Shown here in pieces: positions 1-10,802 of a stretch of 64,000 nucleotides of DNA. The DNA lies in NCBI GenBank assembly GCA_024277995.1, contig JAJRUD010000139.1, positions 2,194-66,193 of the forward strand. The letters run 5' to 3'. A program made the translations under genes and the position numbers. Every line of letters begins with the position of its first letter. Position 1 is the stretch's first letter. Below the pieces are notes generated by a model. The model did not search any database, had not been told where the DNA came from, and saw nothing but the letters and a program-made list of their open reading frames with translations. This DNA is from Chloroflexota bacterium. GTDB lineage: Bacteria > Chloroflexota > Anaerolineae > Anaerolineales > E44-bin32.

Positions 1-192
1 GAGCCAGTGGCTCGTTTCGTGGATCGCCACGCCTGGCAAGAAGAGCAGCGCATAGCAGGCGAAGGCAAGCCCCTGCTCGCGCAGGAGCAGCAGCAGCACG
101 GCCTGCAGCCTGCGATGGAAGTTGCGCTGGACGATGACCAGGAGCAGGGTGGAGACCAGGAGTGCGAGATAGGGCTGTGCGGCGGCGCCCAT
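1..192 (-). CDS. membrane protein with HExxH motif, putative zinc metalloprotease (N-terminal 64 aa only; gene runs off left edge)
   Basis: Minus-strand ATG at 190-192 opens MGAAAQPYLALLVSTLLLVIVQRNFHRRLQAVLLLLLREQGLAFACYALLFLPGVAIHETSHWL, which is still open at position 1. It is absent from the ORF track because it has no stop in the window. Hydrophobic helices are followed by H-E-T-S-H. The family cannot be assigned from 64 aa. Confidence 0.4.
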   Translation of the reverse strand, partial: MGAAAQPYLALLVSTLLLVIVQRNFHRRLQAVLLLLLREQGLAFACYALLFLPGVAIHETSHWL

Positions 193-304
193 CAGACCTT
201 TCGCTGAGGTGAGGGCTGCTGCGGGCTGATCTCTACGAGAAGAGGCACGTCATCAGCGTAATGTGAGCCTTCCGGCTGCCCGACGGCGGGGTCGGCGCCC
301 CAAA

Positions 305-2023
305 TCAGGGAGCCGCTTCGATCTCGCCCTTCAGATTCCCTAGATGCTCGATCAGCCAGGGGTCGAAATCCGGCTTGGCCAGGAGGGCCTCGACGATCTC
401 CAGGGCTCTCTCTGGCTCGCCATTGTGCAGATGCCACTCGGCGAGCACGGCGCGCGCCATAGGGTCCTCCGGGCGCCGCGTCAGCACGGCATCCAGGTGT
501 TCCATTGAAGCCGCCATATCGCCTTGATACAAATAGGCGCGGGCGCTCACCACGTCCCACATCGGCACGTCGCGGAACTCCACCCGCAATTCATCGATCA
601 ACTCGAGGACGGCCGGGTCGATGGCGCCCAGAAACAGCGCCTGGTTTAGCTGGTTGAAGAGCCTGCGATCGACTTGCTCCCCTTCGCCCAGGTCGCGCAT
701 CGCCCCCACCAGCACATCGGCGGCCTCCAGATAGGCGCCGTCATCGAGCAAGATCTGCACCCCCCGGCTGAAGGCGCCCATCGCCGCTGACCGCTGGCCG
801 TCGTCGTACAGCACGCTGGCCAGCTCGAAATACACCTGCGGGTTTCCCGGATCGGCCGCCACAGCAGCCCGCGCCTCCTCGATGGGCGAGAGCGGTGGTG
901 CATCGCGCACGGCTGTCGGCGCCGGCGGCGGTGCACCCCCAACGGGCTGCTCTTGCGGGAAGAGATCGCCGGCCACGGCGGCGAAAGCGAAGAGACAGAC
1001 GCAGGCGAGCGCGACGCCTGCGATCACCCAGGCCCAGCGGCGCCTGGGACGGCGCTCTGCGCCCCCCTGCGCCTCCACCGCTGTCTGGCCCTGAGGCAGC
1101 GCCGTCCCGGGACTTTCCGTCGCGGGCGGCTCCGTCGCGGGAGCATCTACGGGCAGCGTCTCCGCAGGAACGGGGGCGACCATGACCCCCACGTCGCCAT
1201 CCATCGCCGCCCGACGGAAGGCTTCAACCAGGTCATCGATAGTCTCGAAGCGGTCGCTGCGCTCCTTGGCCAGGGCCTTGAGCAACACCCGCTCGATGGC
1301 CTGCGGGACCCTGGGGTTGACGGCGCGCGGCATGGGCAGCGGCGTGTAGATGTGATCATGGATGATGGAGAAGGGGGTATCGGCCGAAAAGGGCACGCGG
1401 CCCACGACCATCTCGTACAGCACGACGCCGAAGGAGTAGATGTCGGTGCCGGCGTCCAGCTCCTTCGCACCGCGCGCTTGCTCGGGCGAGATGTATTGAG
1501 GTGTACCCAAGAGCATGTCATTCGAGAGCGTGGACTCGCCCGCCTGCGCGATGCGCGCCAGGCCGAAATCCGCCAGGTAGATCATCCCGTCTTCGGCCAG
1601 CAGCACGTTGGATGGCTTGATGTCGCGATGGAGAACGCCGCGCTCATGGGCGTAGGACAGCGCTTGACCCACGGCCTCGACGATCTTCAATCCCTCTCCC
1701 TTGCCCAGCGGCCCGCGCTTCATGCGCGCCTTCAACGTCTCCCCCTCGATGAACTTCATCACCAGGTATGGCTGCCCTGCGTGCTCGGCGTAATCGTAGA
1801 TGGGGACGATGTTCGGATGGTCGAGCCGGGCGACGACGCGCGCCTCGCGCTGGAAGCGTGCCAGGAAGTTGGGATCCTCCATGAAAGCCGGATGGAGTGC
1901 CTTGATGGCCACGTAGCGGTCCAGGGCAGCGTGGTAAGCTTTGAAAACCGTGGCCATTCCGCCCTGGCCGAGCTGGTGGATGATCCGGTAGGGTCCGACG
2001 TTCTCACCAATGACGAAGGGCAT
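305..2023 (-). CDS. Ser/Thr protein kinase (Hanks type) with one TM helix and C-terminal TPR-like repeats
   Basis: ORF 305..2038. Kinase motifs present: GQGGMATVFKA, AIK, HRDIKPSN, DFG, SPE. A Pro/Ala-rich linker and a TM helix (WAWVIAGVALACVCLFAFAAVAG) precede a helical repeat tail. I moved the start to ATG 2023 (MPFVIGE), which has AGGAG 5 nt upstream. Confidence 0.9.
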   Translation of the reverse strand: MPFVIGENVGPYRIIHQLGQGGMATVFKAYHAALDRYVAIKALHPAFMEDPNFLARFQREARVVARLDHPNIVPIYDYAEHAGQPYLVMKFIEGETLKARMKRGPLGKGEGLKIVEAVGQALSYAHERGVLHRDIKPSNVLLAEDGMIYLADFGLARIAQAGESTLSNDMLLGTPQYISPEQARGAKELDAGTDIYSFGVVLYEMVVGRVPFSADTPFSIIHDHIYTPLPMPRAVNPRVPQAIERVLLKALAKERSDRFETIDDLVEAFRRAAMDGDVGVMVAPVPAETLPVDAPATEPPATESPGTALPQGQTAVEAQGGAERRPRRRWAWVIAGVALACVCLFAFAAVAGDLFPQEQPVGGAPPPAPTAVRDAPPLSPIEEARAAVAADPGNPQVYFELASVLYDDGQRSAAMGAFSRGVQILLDDGAYLEAADVLVGAMRDLGEGEQVDRRLFNQLNQALFLGAIDPAVLELIDELRVEFRDVPMWDVVSARAYLYQGDMAASMEHLDAVLTRRPEDPMARAVLAEWHLHNGEPERALEIVEALLAKPDFDPWLIEHLGNLKGEIEAAP

Positions 2024-2127
2024 GTGCGCTCCTGACACTCCAGCGGTGCGCTTCAGTGGACGAGACCGTCCCGCCTTGGATGCCGGCCCCCTTCTCCCCT
2101 CGCTCAGCGCTCGCCGAAGACGGCCAC

Positions 2128-2156
2128 ATTATAGCCAAGGCAAGTCATACGGACAA
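2128..2156 (-). promoter_or_regulatory. candidate sigma70-type promoter for the kinase gene (TTGTCC-17-TATAAT)
   Basis: On the minus strand, TATAAT lies at 2133..2128 and TTGTCC at 2156..2151, with a 17-nt spacer. The site is in the AT-richer 200-nt gap between pgk and the kinase gene. Confidence 0.35.
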
Positions 2157-2188
2157 CAAAGGCCTGTGAATAGACTGTAAAATGAACC

Positions 2189-2219
2189 GCTCGCGGGCTG
2201 GTTCCTCCAGCCCGCGAGC
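2189..2219 (-). terminator. rho-independent terminator after gap-pgk
   Basis: A perfect 13-bp stem (gctcgcgggctgg / ccagcccgcgagc) with the 5-nt loop ttcct lies 22 nt downstream of the pgk stop. On the minus strand it is followed by GGTTCATTTTAC. Confidence 0.6.
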
Positions 2220-2240
2220 CGATCCGCGTGTGGGATTTCC

Positions 2241-3431
2241 TCATTCCAAATCGGCGTCCTTGTCGAGCAAGGCGCGCACCCCCGGCAGTTCCTTCCCTTC
2301 CAGGAACTCCAGCGCCGCCCCACCACCTGTGGACACGTGGTCGATGCGTTCGGCCAGGCCGGCCTGGCGCACCGCGGCCGCCGAATCCCCGCCGCCCACA
2401 ATGCTCGTCGCAGGGGAATCCGCCACCGCCTTGGCCAGTGCTACCGTGCCTTCAGCAAAAGGCGGCATTTCGAAAACGCCCATCGGGCCGTTCCACACGA
2501 TCAGCCGGGCCGCAGCCACCACCTCGCGGAAGGCCTCCAGCGTCCGCGGGCCGATGTCCAGGATCCGCCATCCGACCGGTACGGCTTCCACGGCGACGAC
2601 CTTGCGCTGAGCATCGGCCGAAAAGGCGTCCGCGATCACCGCGTCCTGCGGCAGCACCAGCTTCTTCCCGGCCCGCTGCAGCAAACCTCTGGCCGTATCG
2701 AGCGCTTCGGCCTCAACCAGCGAATCGCCCAGCTCGAGCCCCTGCGCAGCCAGGAAGGTATTGGCCATGCCGCCGCCAACGAGCAGGCGGTCAGCCCTGG
2801 CCAGCAAACTCTCCACCACACCGATCTTATCGGAGATCTTCGCTCCGCCGAGGATGGCGACGAAAGGATGTTCCGGCGCGCTGAGCACCTTGCCCAGATA
2901 GGTCAGCTCACGCTCCATGAGCAAGCCGGCCACCGCGGGTAGATAATGGGCGACGCCCTCCGTGGATGCATGGGCACGATGGGCGGAGCCGAAGGCATCG
3001 TTCACGTAGATGTCACCCAGTTCGGCCAGGGCGCGCGCGAATTCGGGATCATTGGCGCGCTCCTCAGGATGGAAGCGGGTGTTCTCCAGCAGCAGCACTC
3101 CACCCGGCTTCAACGCCTGCGCCGCGCTGCGGGCGGCCTCACCCACACAATCCTCCACAAAGCCTACGGGGCTGCCCAGCAATGCGGCCAGATGCTCGGC
3201 CACGGGGCGCAGCGAGAGCTCCGGAGCCACTTCCCCCTTCGGTCGCCCCAGGTGGGAACACAGCACAACGGAAGCTCCTTGTTCGAGCAGGTAGCGGATG
3301 GTGGGCAACGCAGCTCGAACACGCGTGTCGTCTGCGACACGCCCATCGCGTAAGGGCACGTTGAAGTCAACACGCACCAGCGCCCTGCGCCCCGCGAGGT
3401 CTACGTCACGAACGGTCTTCTTGTTGAACAT
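2241..3431 (-). CDS. pgk: phosphoglycerate kinase
   Basis: 396-aa [30 protein letters not shown]..., GGGMANTFL and STGGGA...LEGKELPG are the classic PGK N-terminal and C-terminal motifs. Confidence 0.97.
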   Translation of the reverse strand: MFNKKTVRDVDLAGRRALVRVDFNVPLRDGRVADDTRVRAALPTIRYLLEQGASVVLCSHLGRPKGEVAPELSLRPVAEHLAALLGSPVGFVEDCVGEAARSAAQALKPGGVLLLENTRFHPEERANDPEFARALAELGDIYVNDAFGSAHRAHASTEGVAHYLPAVAGLLMERELTYLGKVLSAPEHPFVAILGGAKISDKIGVVESLLARADRLLVGGGMANTFLAAQGLELGDSLVEAEALDTARGLLQRAGKKLVLPQDAVIADAFSADAQRKVVAVEAVPVGWRILDIGPRTLEAFREVVAAARLIVWNGPMGVFEMPPFAEGTVALAKAVADSPATSIVGGGDSAAAVRQAGLAERIDHVSTGGGAALEFLEGKELPGVRALLDKDADLE

Positions 3432-3459
3432 GGAGCCCGCCTCTCGGCTGACGCGTGCG

Positions 3460-4503
<1,044 letters not shown>

Positions 4504-4506
4504 CTA

Positions 4507-5943
4507 TTAGCTCAGCCCCCGGATGCGATCCGCCTGGTCCGCGGGCTCAAGACTCAGGGGTCCCGTTCGTTCCTCCAACAGGGCGATCAGCGCGTCAGCC
4601 AGCTTGGCGGAGTCGTGTCGCCAGGGCCGTTCCCGGTCCACCAGATCTGCGCAGTGACACAGCGCCACCGCCTCCTCGCCGGGCGGCTGCACCCACCCGA
4701 TGCCATCGGGCAGGTTGCCCTGCAGACAGTCGTTGGCCAGGACCAGGTCCACCAGATGCCCACCGACGTGCTCCAGCAGGGCAGCCACGTGCTGATCGCA
4801 CGAATAGAAGTCCGTCTCCCCCGGCTGTGTGGCCACGTTGCAGACGTAAACCTTGAAGGCCTTGCTGGCGCGGATGGCTTCCAGCAGATCAGGCACCAGC
4901 AGGTTCGGCAGCACGCTGGTGTACAGGCTGCCCGGGCCGATGACGATCATATCGGCGTTCAACACCGCCCGAATGGCGCCGGGGTATGCAGGCGGGTCAT
5001 TGGGTTCAAGCTGCACGCGGCGGATGCGTCCGGGAACCATGGGGATGCGGCTCTCCCCTTCAACGCGCACGGCCTGGACATCCGCCGTGGGAAGCTTGTC
5101 GGCCACGAGCGCGATGTCCTGCAGCGTGGCGGGCAACACCTTGCCCTGGATGGCCAGGACGCGCCCGGCTTCCAGCACCCCTTGCTCGAAAGACCCCGTC
5201 ACGCCCGTCAGGGCGGCGATGAACAAGTTGCCGAAGGAGTGGCCGCCCAGCTCATCGCCATCGCGAAAGCGGTACTGGAAAAGCTGCGTGAGCAAATCCT
5301 CATCGTTGGAAAGCGCTGCCAGGCAGCTGCGCAGATCACCCGGCGGAGGCAGGCCGAGCGAGCGCCGCAAGCGCCCCGAGGAGCCGCCGTCATCGGCCAC
5401 CGTCACGATGGCCGTCAGATTGTCGCTGTACTTCTTCAGGCCGCGCAGCAGCGTCGAGAGCCCCGTTCCGCCCCCGATGGCCACGATGTGCGGCCCACGC
5501 TTGCGCCGGCGGTGTGCCGCTACGGCCTCCACCAGCGGCTTTCCCGGGCGCAGATAGGGGGCCAGCAACGTACGGTTGAGCTGCCAGATGGAGAGCGCCA
5601 CCAGCCCGAAGCCGATAGAGCCGAAAATCACAGCCCGCAGCCAGCGCGGCAGGGCGGCTAAGCTGACGATGGCCAGCCAGGGTGAACCGGGATGTGCGCG
5701 ATAGATGTCAAGCAGAACCACGGCCACGCCCAACCCGATGGCGGTCGTCCCGATAACCATCAAGACGAACCAGCGTTTGACACCAAGACCGGGCTGAAAC
5801 CACCGCCACAGCAGGCGCAGGCGCCCCGTGGACGAACCGTTCGCAGGGGATACCGAACCGTTGTCCGCCACGTCGCCCACTATACCAGAGGTAGATGGGA
5901 GCGTCAACGCGGCACACCTCTGCCGCGCGCGATCTTGCCTCAC
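4507..5943 (-). CDS. YvcK/CofD-like gluconeogenesis-factor family protein with N-terminal membrane extension
   Basis: 478-aa ORF. IVAIGGGTGLSTLLRGLK, TAIVTVADDGGSSGRLR and IGPGSLYTSVLPNLL are characteristic of the YvcK (UPF0052) family. About 140 extra N-terminal residues contain 3 predicted TM helices. The start (GTG 5943, GGAG 7 nt upstream) is uncertain. Confidence 0.85.
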   Translation of the reverse strand: MRQDRARQRCAALTLPSTSGIVGDVADNGSVSPANGSSTGRLRLLWRWFQPGLGVKRWFVLMVIGTTAIGLGVAVVLLDIYRAHPGSPWLAIVSLAALPRWLRAVIFGSIGFGLVALSIWQLNRTLLAPYLRPGKPLVEAVAAHRRRKRGPHIVAIGGGTGLSTLLRGLKKYSDNLTAIVTVADDGGSSGRLRRSLGLPPPGDLRSCLAALSNDEDLLTQLFQYRFRDGDELGGHSFGNLFIAALTGVTGSFEQGVLEAGRVLAIQGKVLPATLQDIALVADKLPTADVQAVRVEGESRIPMVPGRIRRVQLEPNDPPAYPGAIRAVLNADMIVIGPGSLYTSVLPNLLVPDLLEAIRASKAFKVYVCNVATQPGETDFYSCDQHVAALLEHVGGHLVDLVLANDCLQGNLPDGIGWVQPPGEEAVALCHCADLVDRERPWRHDSAKLADALIALLEERTGPLSLEPADQADRIRGLS

Positions 5944-5962
5944 AGGCGCGCTCCAGTATAAT
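5935..5962 (+). promoter_or_regulatory. candidate promoter TTGCCT-16-TATAAT for the ABC ATPase gene
   Basis: TTGCCT at 5935..5940, TATAAT at 5957..5962, then AAAGGAGG RBS (5983..5990) and ATG at 5999. Confidence 0.5.
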
Positions 5963-5998
5963 CAGGGCACGATACCCGCATGAAAGGAGGACGGCCCC

Positions 5999-7102
5999 AT
6001 GGCCAGCGTGACCTACGAACACGTCACGAAACGATTCGGAAACGTCGTCGCCGTGAACGACCTGAACATACATATTGAGGACAAGGAATTCCTTGTCCTG
6101 GTGGGGCCGTCCGGGTGTGGCAAGACCACCTCCCTGCGCCTCATCGCCGGCCTGGAGGAGATCACCGAGGGACGCATCCTTATCGGCGATCGGGTGGTGA
6201 ACGACATACCCCCTAAAGATCGCGACATCGCCATGGTCTTCCAATCCTACGCCCTCTATCCCCACATGTCGGTCTTCGACAACATGGCCTTCGGTCTCAA
6301 ACTGCGCAAGGTCCCCAAGGCGGAAATCAAACGCCGGGTCCAGGAAGCAGCGGAGATCCTGGGCATCGAGGAGTTGCTGGACCGCAAGCCGCGCCAGCTC
6401 TCCGGCGGGCAGCGGCAGCGCGTGGCCGTCGGTCGCGCCATCGTGCGCGAACCCAAGGTCTTCCTCTTCGATGAGCCGCTGTCTAACCTGGACGCCAAGC
6501 TGCGCGTGCAGACCCGGGCCGAGATCAGCAAGCTGCACCTGCGTCTGCAGACCACTTTCATCTACGTCACACACGACCAGGTGGAAGCCATGACGATGGC
6601 CACCAGGATCGCCGTGATGAAAGACGGCATCCTGCAGCAGTTGGACTCGCCACAAAGTCTCTACGATTATCCGGCGAATGTCTTCGTCGCCGGCTTCATC
6701 GGCTCACCGGCCATGAACTTCTTCAACGCCCGCCTGGTGCGGGGGGACGGTGGCCTGGTGGTCGACGCCGGGACGTTCCAGGTTCCCGTCCCCGCCTCTT
6801 TGCTCGAGAGATACGCCGCTTACGAGGGGAAGAACGTGATCTTCGGCATCCGTCCCGAAGACATACACGACCCGGCCTTCACCCCGCCGGACATCAGCGC
6901 CGCGACGGTGGAGGCCAACGTCGAGGTGCTGGAGCCCATGGGCAACGAGGTCATCCTGTACCTCTCGAGCGACAGCCACTCCTTCGGTGGGCGCGTAGAC
7001 CCTCGCAGCCAGGCGCGGCCCGGCAGCAAGATGCAGGTCATCTTCAACATGGATAACATGCATCTGTTCGAGACGGACGGCGACCAGAAGGCGATCCGCT
7101 GA
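5999..7102 (+). CDS. sugar ABC transporter ATP-binding protein (MalK/UgpC/MsiK type), orphan ATPase
   Basis: 367-aa ORF. Walker [10 protein letters not shown], signature [10 protein letters not shown], Walker [12 protein letters not shown], and a C-terminal TOBE-like regulatory domain. No permease or solute-binding-protein genes are adjacent. Confidence 0.93.
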   Translation: MASVTYEHVTKRFGNVVAVNDLNIHIEDKEFLVLVGPSGCGKTTSLRLIAGLEEITEGRILIGDRVVNDIPPKDRDIAMVFQSYALYPHMSVFDNMAFGLKLRKVPKAEIKRRVQEAAEILGIEELLDRKPRQLSGGQRQRVAVGRAIVREPKVFLFDEPLSNLDAKLRVQTRAEISKLHLRLQTTFIYVTHDQVEAMTMATRIAVMKDGILQQLDSPQSLYDYPANVFVAGFIGSPAMNFFNARLVRGDGGLVVDAGTFQVPVPASLLERYAAYEGKNVIFGIRPEDIHDPAFTPPDISAATVEANVEVLEPMGNEVILYLSSDSHSFGGRVDPRSQARPGSKMQVIFNMDNMHLFETDGDQKAIR

Positions 7103-7120
7103 ACCAGCGGCGCGCAATTC

Positions 7121-7148
7121 AAGCCCCTGCCCGGCACGGCGGGGGCTT
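7121..7148 (+). terminator. rho-independent terminator after the ABC ATPase gene
   Basis: An 11-bp stem (7121-7131 pairs with 7138-7148, with one G.U pair) and a 6-nt loop, followed by tttctc. It lies 19 nt after the stop. Confidence 0.65.
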
Positions 7149-7168
7149 TCTCACGTCAGGAGGAGGAT

Positions 7169-8380
7169 ATGCCTGAGTTCGACCTCATGCGCCGCCTGCA
7201 CCGCGCCGGCCGCCAGAAGGTCATCCTGTTGATACTGGACGGCCTTGGCGGCCTGCCCATCGAGCCCGATGGTCCCACCGAGTTGGAAACGGCGCGCACG
7301 CCGAACATGGATCGCCTGGCCGCCGAAGGCATCCTGGGGCAAATCGTCCCCGTGCGGCTCGGCATCACGCCCGGTTCCGGCCCCGCCCATCTGGCTCTCT
7401 TCGGATACGATCCCCTTACCTTCGACGTAGGGCGCGGCGTCCTGGAGGCCACCGGCGTCGGTATGCACGTCGCGGCCGGAGACGTGGCAGCCAGGGGAAA
7501 TTTCTGCACGCTCGATTCAGAGGGCAAGATCGTCGATCGCCGCGCCGGCCGCATCCCCAGCCAGGAAGCCCTCCCGCTGGTGGAACGCCTGGCCGGGATC
7601 AGCATCCCCGACGTGGAGATCGAGGTGCGCCACGTGCGCGAATACCGCTTCGCGGTCGTCCTGCGCGGCCAGGGCCTCGATCCATCCCTGGCCGACACCG
7701 ACCCCCAACAGACCGGGCGCGCGCCGCTCCCCGTCGAGCCCACCGCGCCCGAAGCGACGCGCACGGCGCAGATCTTCAACACGTGGGTCGAGCAGGCTAG
7801 GTCCCTGCTGTCCGACCAGCCGAAGGCAAACGGCCTCACCCTGCGCGGCTTCTCAACCAACCCCTCCCTGCCGCAGTTCGACGAAATCTACGGCCTGAAG
7901 GCCGCCGCCGTAGCGGTCTACCCGATGTATCGCGGCGTGGCCAAACTGGTCGGGATGGAGATCCACCATTTCGAGGGCGAAAGCCCCCAGGATGAGTTCG
8001 CCGCCGTCGCCTCCGCCTGGAACGAGTACGACTTCTTCTTCATCCACATCAAGAAGACCGACAGCAAAGGCGAAGATGGGGACTTCCACGGCAAGGCGGC
8101 CATCATCGAAAGCGTCGACGGAGCCCTGCCCCAACTGCTGGACCTGGGTCCCGCCGCCCTGGCCATCACCGGCGACCACAGCACCCCGGCACGCATGAAG
8201 ACCCATTCCTGGCATCCCGTTCCGCTGCTGCTCTGGGCACCGCAAACGGTGCGACCCGACAACCAACGCTCCTTCGGCGAGCGAGCTTGCGCCACCGGCG
8301 GCCTGGGCACCTTGCCGGCGACGGACCTGCTGCCGCTGCTGCTGGCCCACGCCGGGCGACTGAACAAATACGGAGCCTGA
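7169..8380 (+). CDS. apgM: cofactor-independent phosphoglycerate mutase, archaeal-type (ApgM family)
   Basis: 403-aa ORF. KVILLILDGLGG, TPNMDRLA, HIKKTDSKGEDGD and ITGDHSTP match the metal-dependent phosphopentomutase/ApgM fold. AGGAGGAGGA RBS. Confidence 0.9.
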   Translation: MPEFDLMRRLHRAGRQKVILLILDGLGGLPIEPDGPTELETARTPNMDRLAAEGILGQIVPVRLGITPGSGPAHLALFGYDPLTFDVGRGVLEATGVGMHVAAGDVAARGNFCTLDSEGKIVDRRAGRIPSQEALPLVERLAGISIPDVEIEVRHVREYRFAVVLRGQGLDPSLADTDPQQTGRAPLPVEPTAPEATRTAQIFNTWVEQARSLLSDQPKANGLTLRGFSTNPSLPQFDEIYGLKAAAVAVYPMYRGVAKLVGMEIHHFEGESPQDEFAAVASAWNEYDFFFIHIKKTDSKGEDGDFHGKAAIIESVDGALPQLLDLGPAALAITGDHSTPARMKTHSWHPVPLLLWAPQTVRPDNQRSFGERACATGGLGTLPATDLLPLLLAHAGRLNKYGA

Positions 8381-8412
8381 GCCGCCCGCCGCATGTTCAG
8401 TGCGTCACGAAG

Positions 8413-8448
8413 AGGGCAGCGGGGCTCGATGACGAGCCCCGCTGCCCT
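8413..8448. terminator. bidirectional terminator hairpin between convergent genes
   Basis: A perfect 16-bp stem (agggcagcggggctcg / cgagccccgctgccct) with the loop atga lies between the apgM stop (8380) and the stop of the 8518..9204 gene. There is no clear U-tract. Confidence 0.55.
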
Positions 8449-8517
8449 TCCCTCCTCCGCTCCTTCGCGCCACTGTGAGTGATATCTATGCGCAGCGGCG
8501 GCGCGACAAGGCAGGCC

Positions 8518-9204
8518 TCAACGGCCGCCGCCCCGCAGCCAGCGGACCAGACCGCGCACCAGCAGGGCGCCGAACAACGTACCAAGAGCGACGAATATGA
8601 AGGCGTCGCGCCAGAAACGTTCCGGGAAGAGCCGGATCAGCGTGTCGCTGTAGGCGAAGAGCCAGGTGTTCCCCTGAAAGAACACCCGGTGGAAGCCCAC
8701 AAAGAAGATGGAGAAGCCCAGGAACAAAGCCAGACCCAGGGCCACCATGATGGCCAGCGTCAGTTCTGCACCGCGACGCAGGCCCTCCGCAGCCACAGCG
8801 CGCTCCCCCGATAGGCTCAGGCCTCCCGCCAGCAGCACCAGCGCCCCGAGCGAGAGCGCCCAAACCTTCAACGCCCCCTGCGTCAGCCTCTTCACGTCCA
8901 CCATGTGGCGCAATTCGCGCGCGTTGTACACGGGCTCACCATTGTCGAATTCCAGATCGGCCAGAAACTCGATGCCTTCGTCGTTCATCAAGTAGTCCAG
9001 CGCGATGGGCGCCCATCGCAGGCGGTCCTCCAGGGTGAAACCATAGCCATCCTCAGGGAAACCCGGCATGCGATATTCGAGGCGGATGAAGGCATCCGTC
9101 ATCAGCAGGCGAACCGAAGTGAGCACCAGCACGACGGGCACCATCAGGATCAGGAGCCATCGCGCCAGGCGCAGGACCAGGTCACGTGAACCAACAGCAG
9201 CCAT
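8518..9204 (-). CDS. TIGR01906/DUF1461-family integral membrane protein
   Basis: 228-aa ORF. An N-terminal TM helix is followed by the loop YRMPGFPEDGYGFTLEDRLRWAP...ELRHMVDVK and then 3 C-terminal TM helices. I recall this architecture from that family. It follows the preceding gene after GGAGGTTAGGAATG. Confidence 0.7.
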   Translation of the reverse strand: MAAVGSRDLVLRLARWLLILMVPVVLVLTSVRLLMTDAFIRLEYRMPGFPEDGYGFTLEDRLRWAPIALDYLMNDEGIEFLADLEFDNGEPVYNARELRHMVDVKRLTQGALKVWALSLGALVLLAGGLSLSGERAVAAEGLRRGAELTLAIMVALGLALFLGFSIFFVGFHRVFFQGNTWLFAYSDTLIRLFPERFWRDAFIFVALGTLFGALLVRGLVRWLRGGGR

Positions 9205-9206
9205 TC

Positions 9207-10775
9207 CTAACCTCCAACCGATGGGACCATGTCAAAGCCACCGCCGAGCATGAAGCGCAGGACGATGGAGTTGACCAATTGCTCAACAGGGGCGTGATCG
9301 TCAGTGAAAACGATGTCGACGTCAGGCGTGGGTTGCAGATTGTCCGCCGCGCGGCGCGCGACGCTCAGCAAGAGCGGGTGGACGCCCGGCTCATCCTCCA
9401 GCGCCCGCAGGTTGAGGCGCAGATTGTCAGCGGTCGTCGGCGCCGCCGTGGCGTAGACCAGCGTGTTGAAGGTGTCCGGCACGTCGACCACGTGTACGCT
9501 GGGGAAGACGGCGCTGATCGTCCCGACCAGGGCTTCCACCAGGCGCCGGTCCTGCGGTGTGCGCCCGACGTTGATCACCAACACGCCTGCCTGGTCCAGG
9601 TGATCTTTGACCTCCTGGAAGAACTCTACCGTGGTCAACTGCCAGGGGATGTAGGGCGGGCGATAGGCATCGACGGCGATGACGCTGTAAGTGTAGGGGC
9701 TGTTGCGCAAACCCCACCTGCCGTCCATGACATAGGCCCGCAGGTTGGGCTCCGTCATGTCAAAGAAGCGCCTGCCCACTTCGATGATCCTGGGGTCGAT
9801 CTCCCAGCCATCGATGGGTATGGACCCAAAGACGGCAGTGTATTGCTTGGGGATGGTTCCTGCCGCCAACCCCACGATCCCCACCCGCCGCACATCCTGC
9901 AGGTTGAGGGGGGGATCGCTGAACAACGGCGCCACCAGAAAGTAGTCCCACGTCCCGAAGGTCTCCAGCCTCTCCGGGTTGTAGACGGAGTGCACCGCCT
10001 GGCCCTCGTTGAGCATGAGCATGCGCGTGCCCTCGAGCTCGACCACCTGGATGTAGTTGTAGGCGGATTCGGTCTCGTAGATCTGGCCGCGGCTTTGCTT
10101 CAGCGGACCGGTCAGCGCCAGCCAGCTGAGCAAGATGAGCGCCAGCGGCATCAGGAAATAAGGCGCCGCCCGCCGCAAACCCATTGTGAGCACGACGCCT
10201 GCCAGAGCGACGCTCAGCAGCAAGAGGCTCAGCACGAGAAAGGTGCGGCTGGTCCCCAGGGTCGGGATCAACCAGAGCACCGGCAGGAAAGTCCCCAGGA
10301 TCGATCCCAGGGTTGAGATGGCATAGACACGCCCCGAAATCCGTCCGGCTTGCGAGGCGTCGCGCAGCGCCAGGCGGATGGCGAAGGGCGAGACGCATCC
10401 CATCAGCGTGATCGGCACGCTGAAAAGAATGAGCACGCCCAGGAAGGATCCCACCATCACCGCCGCGTCCAGGTGCTCGACCGCCGCTGCGGCCTGGCGC
10501 AGGACCGGGCGCGCCGCCAGCGGCACCAGACCGGCGAAAAAGGAAGCCCACGCCAGCAGACGATAGAAAGTCCGCCCGTGGGGAGAACGGTCGGCCCAGC
10601 GACCGCCGATGAAGTATCCTGCCGTCAGATAGACCAGGATCAGGCCGATGATGTTGGCCCAGACGATGTTGCTGGTGCCGAAAACGTTCCCCAGCAGGCG
10701 CGAGGCGGAGAGCTCGACGCCCAGGGTCGTCATGCCGGCAAAGAATACTGCTACGTAAAGCCAAAGGCTGTTCAT
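9207..10775 (-). CDS. fused polytopic membrane domain + spermidine synthase-like methyltransferase-fold protein
   Basis: 522-aa ORF. About 7 N-terminal TM helices are followed by a C-terminal SpeE-like domain (VGIVGLAAGT, VIAVDAYRPPYIPWQLTTVEFF). GGAG RBS. The gene ends in TAG. Confidence 0.8.
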   Translation of the reverse strand: MNSLWLYVAVFFAGMTTLGVELSASRLLGNVFGTSNIVWANIIGLILVYLTAGYFIGGRWADRSPHGRTFYRLLAWASFFAGLVPLAARPVLRQAAAAVEHLDAAVMVGSFLGVLILFSVPITLMGCVSPFAIRLALRDASQAGRISGRVYAISTLGSILGTFLPVLWLIPTLGTSRTFLVLSLLLLSVALAGVVLTMGLRRAAPYFLMPLALILLSWLALTGPLKQSRGQIYETESAYNYIQVVELEGTRMLMLNEGQAVHSVYNPERLETFGTWDYFLVAPLFSDPPLNLQDVRRVGIVGLAAGTIPKQYTAVFGSIPIDGWEIDPRIIEVGRRFFDMTEPNLRAYVMDGRWGLRNSPYTYSVIAVDAYRPPYIPWQLTTVEFFQEVKDHLDQAGVLVINVGRTPQDRRLVEALVGTISAVFPSVHVVDVPDTFNTLVYATAAPTTADNLRLNLRALEDEPGVHPLLLSVARRAADNLQPTPDVDIVFTDDHAPVEQLVNSIVLRFMLGGGFDMVPSVGG

Positions 10776-10802
10776 CCCATTCTCCAGGAATTGAAACCCG
10801 AT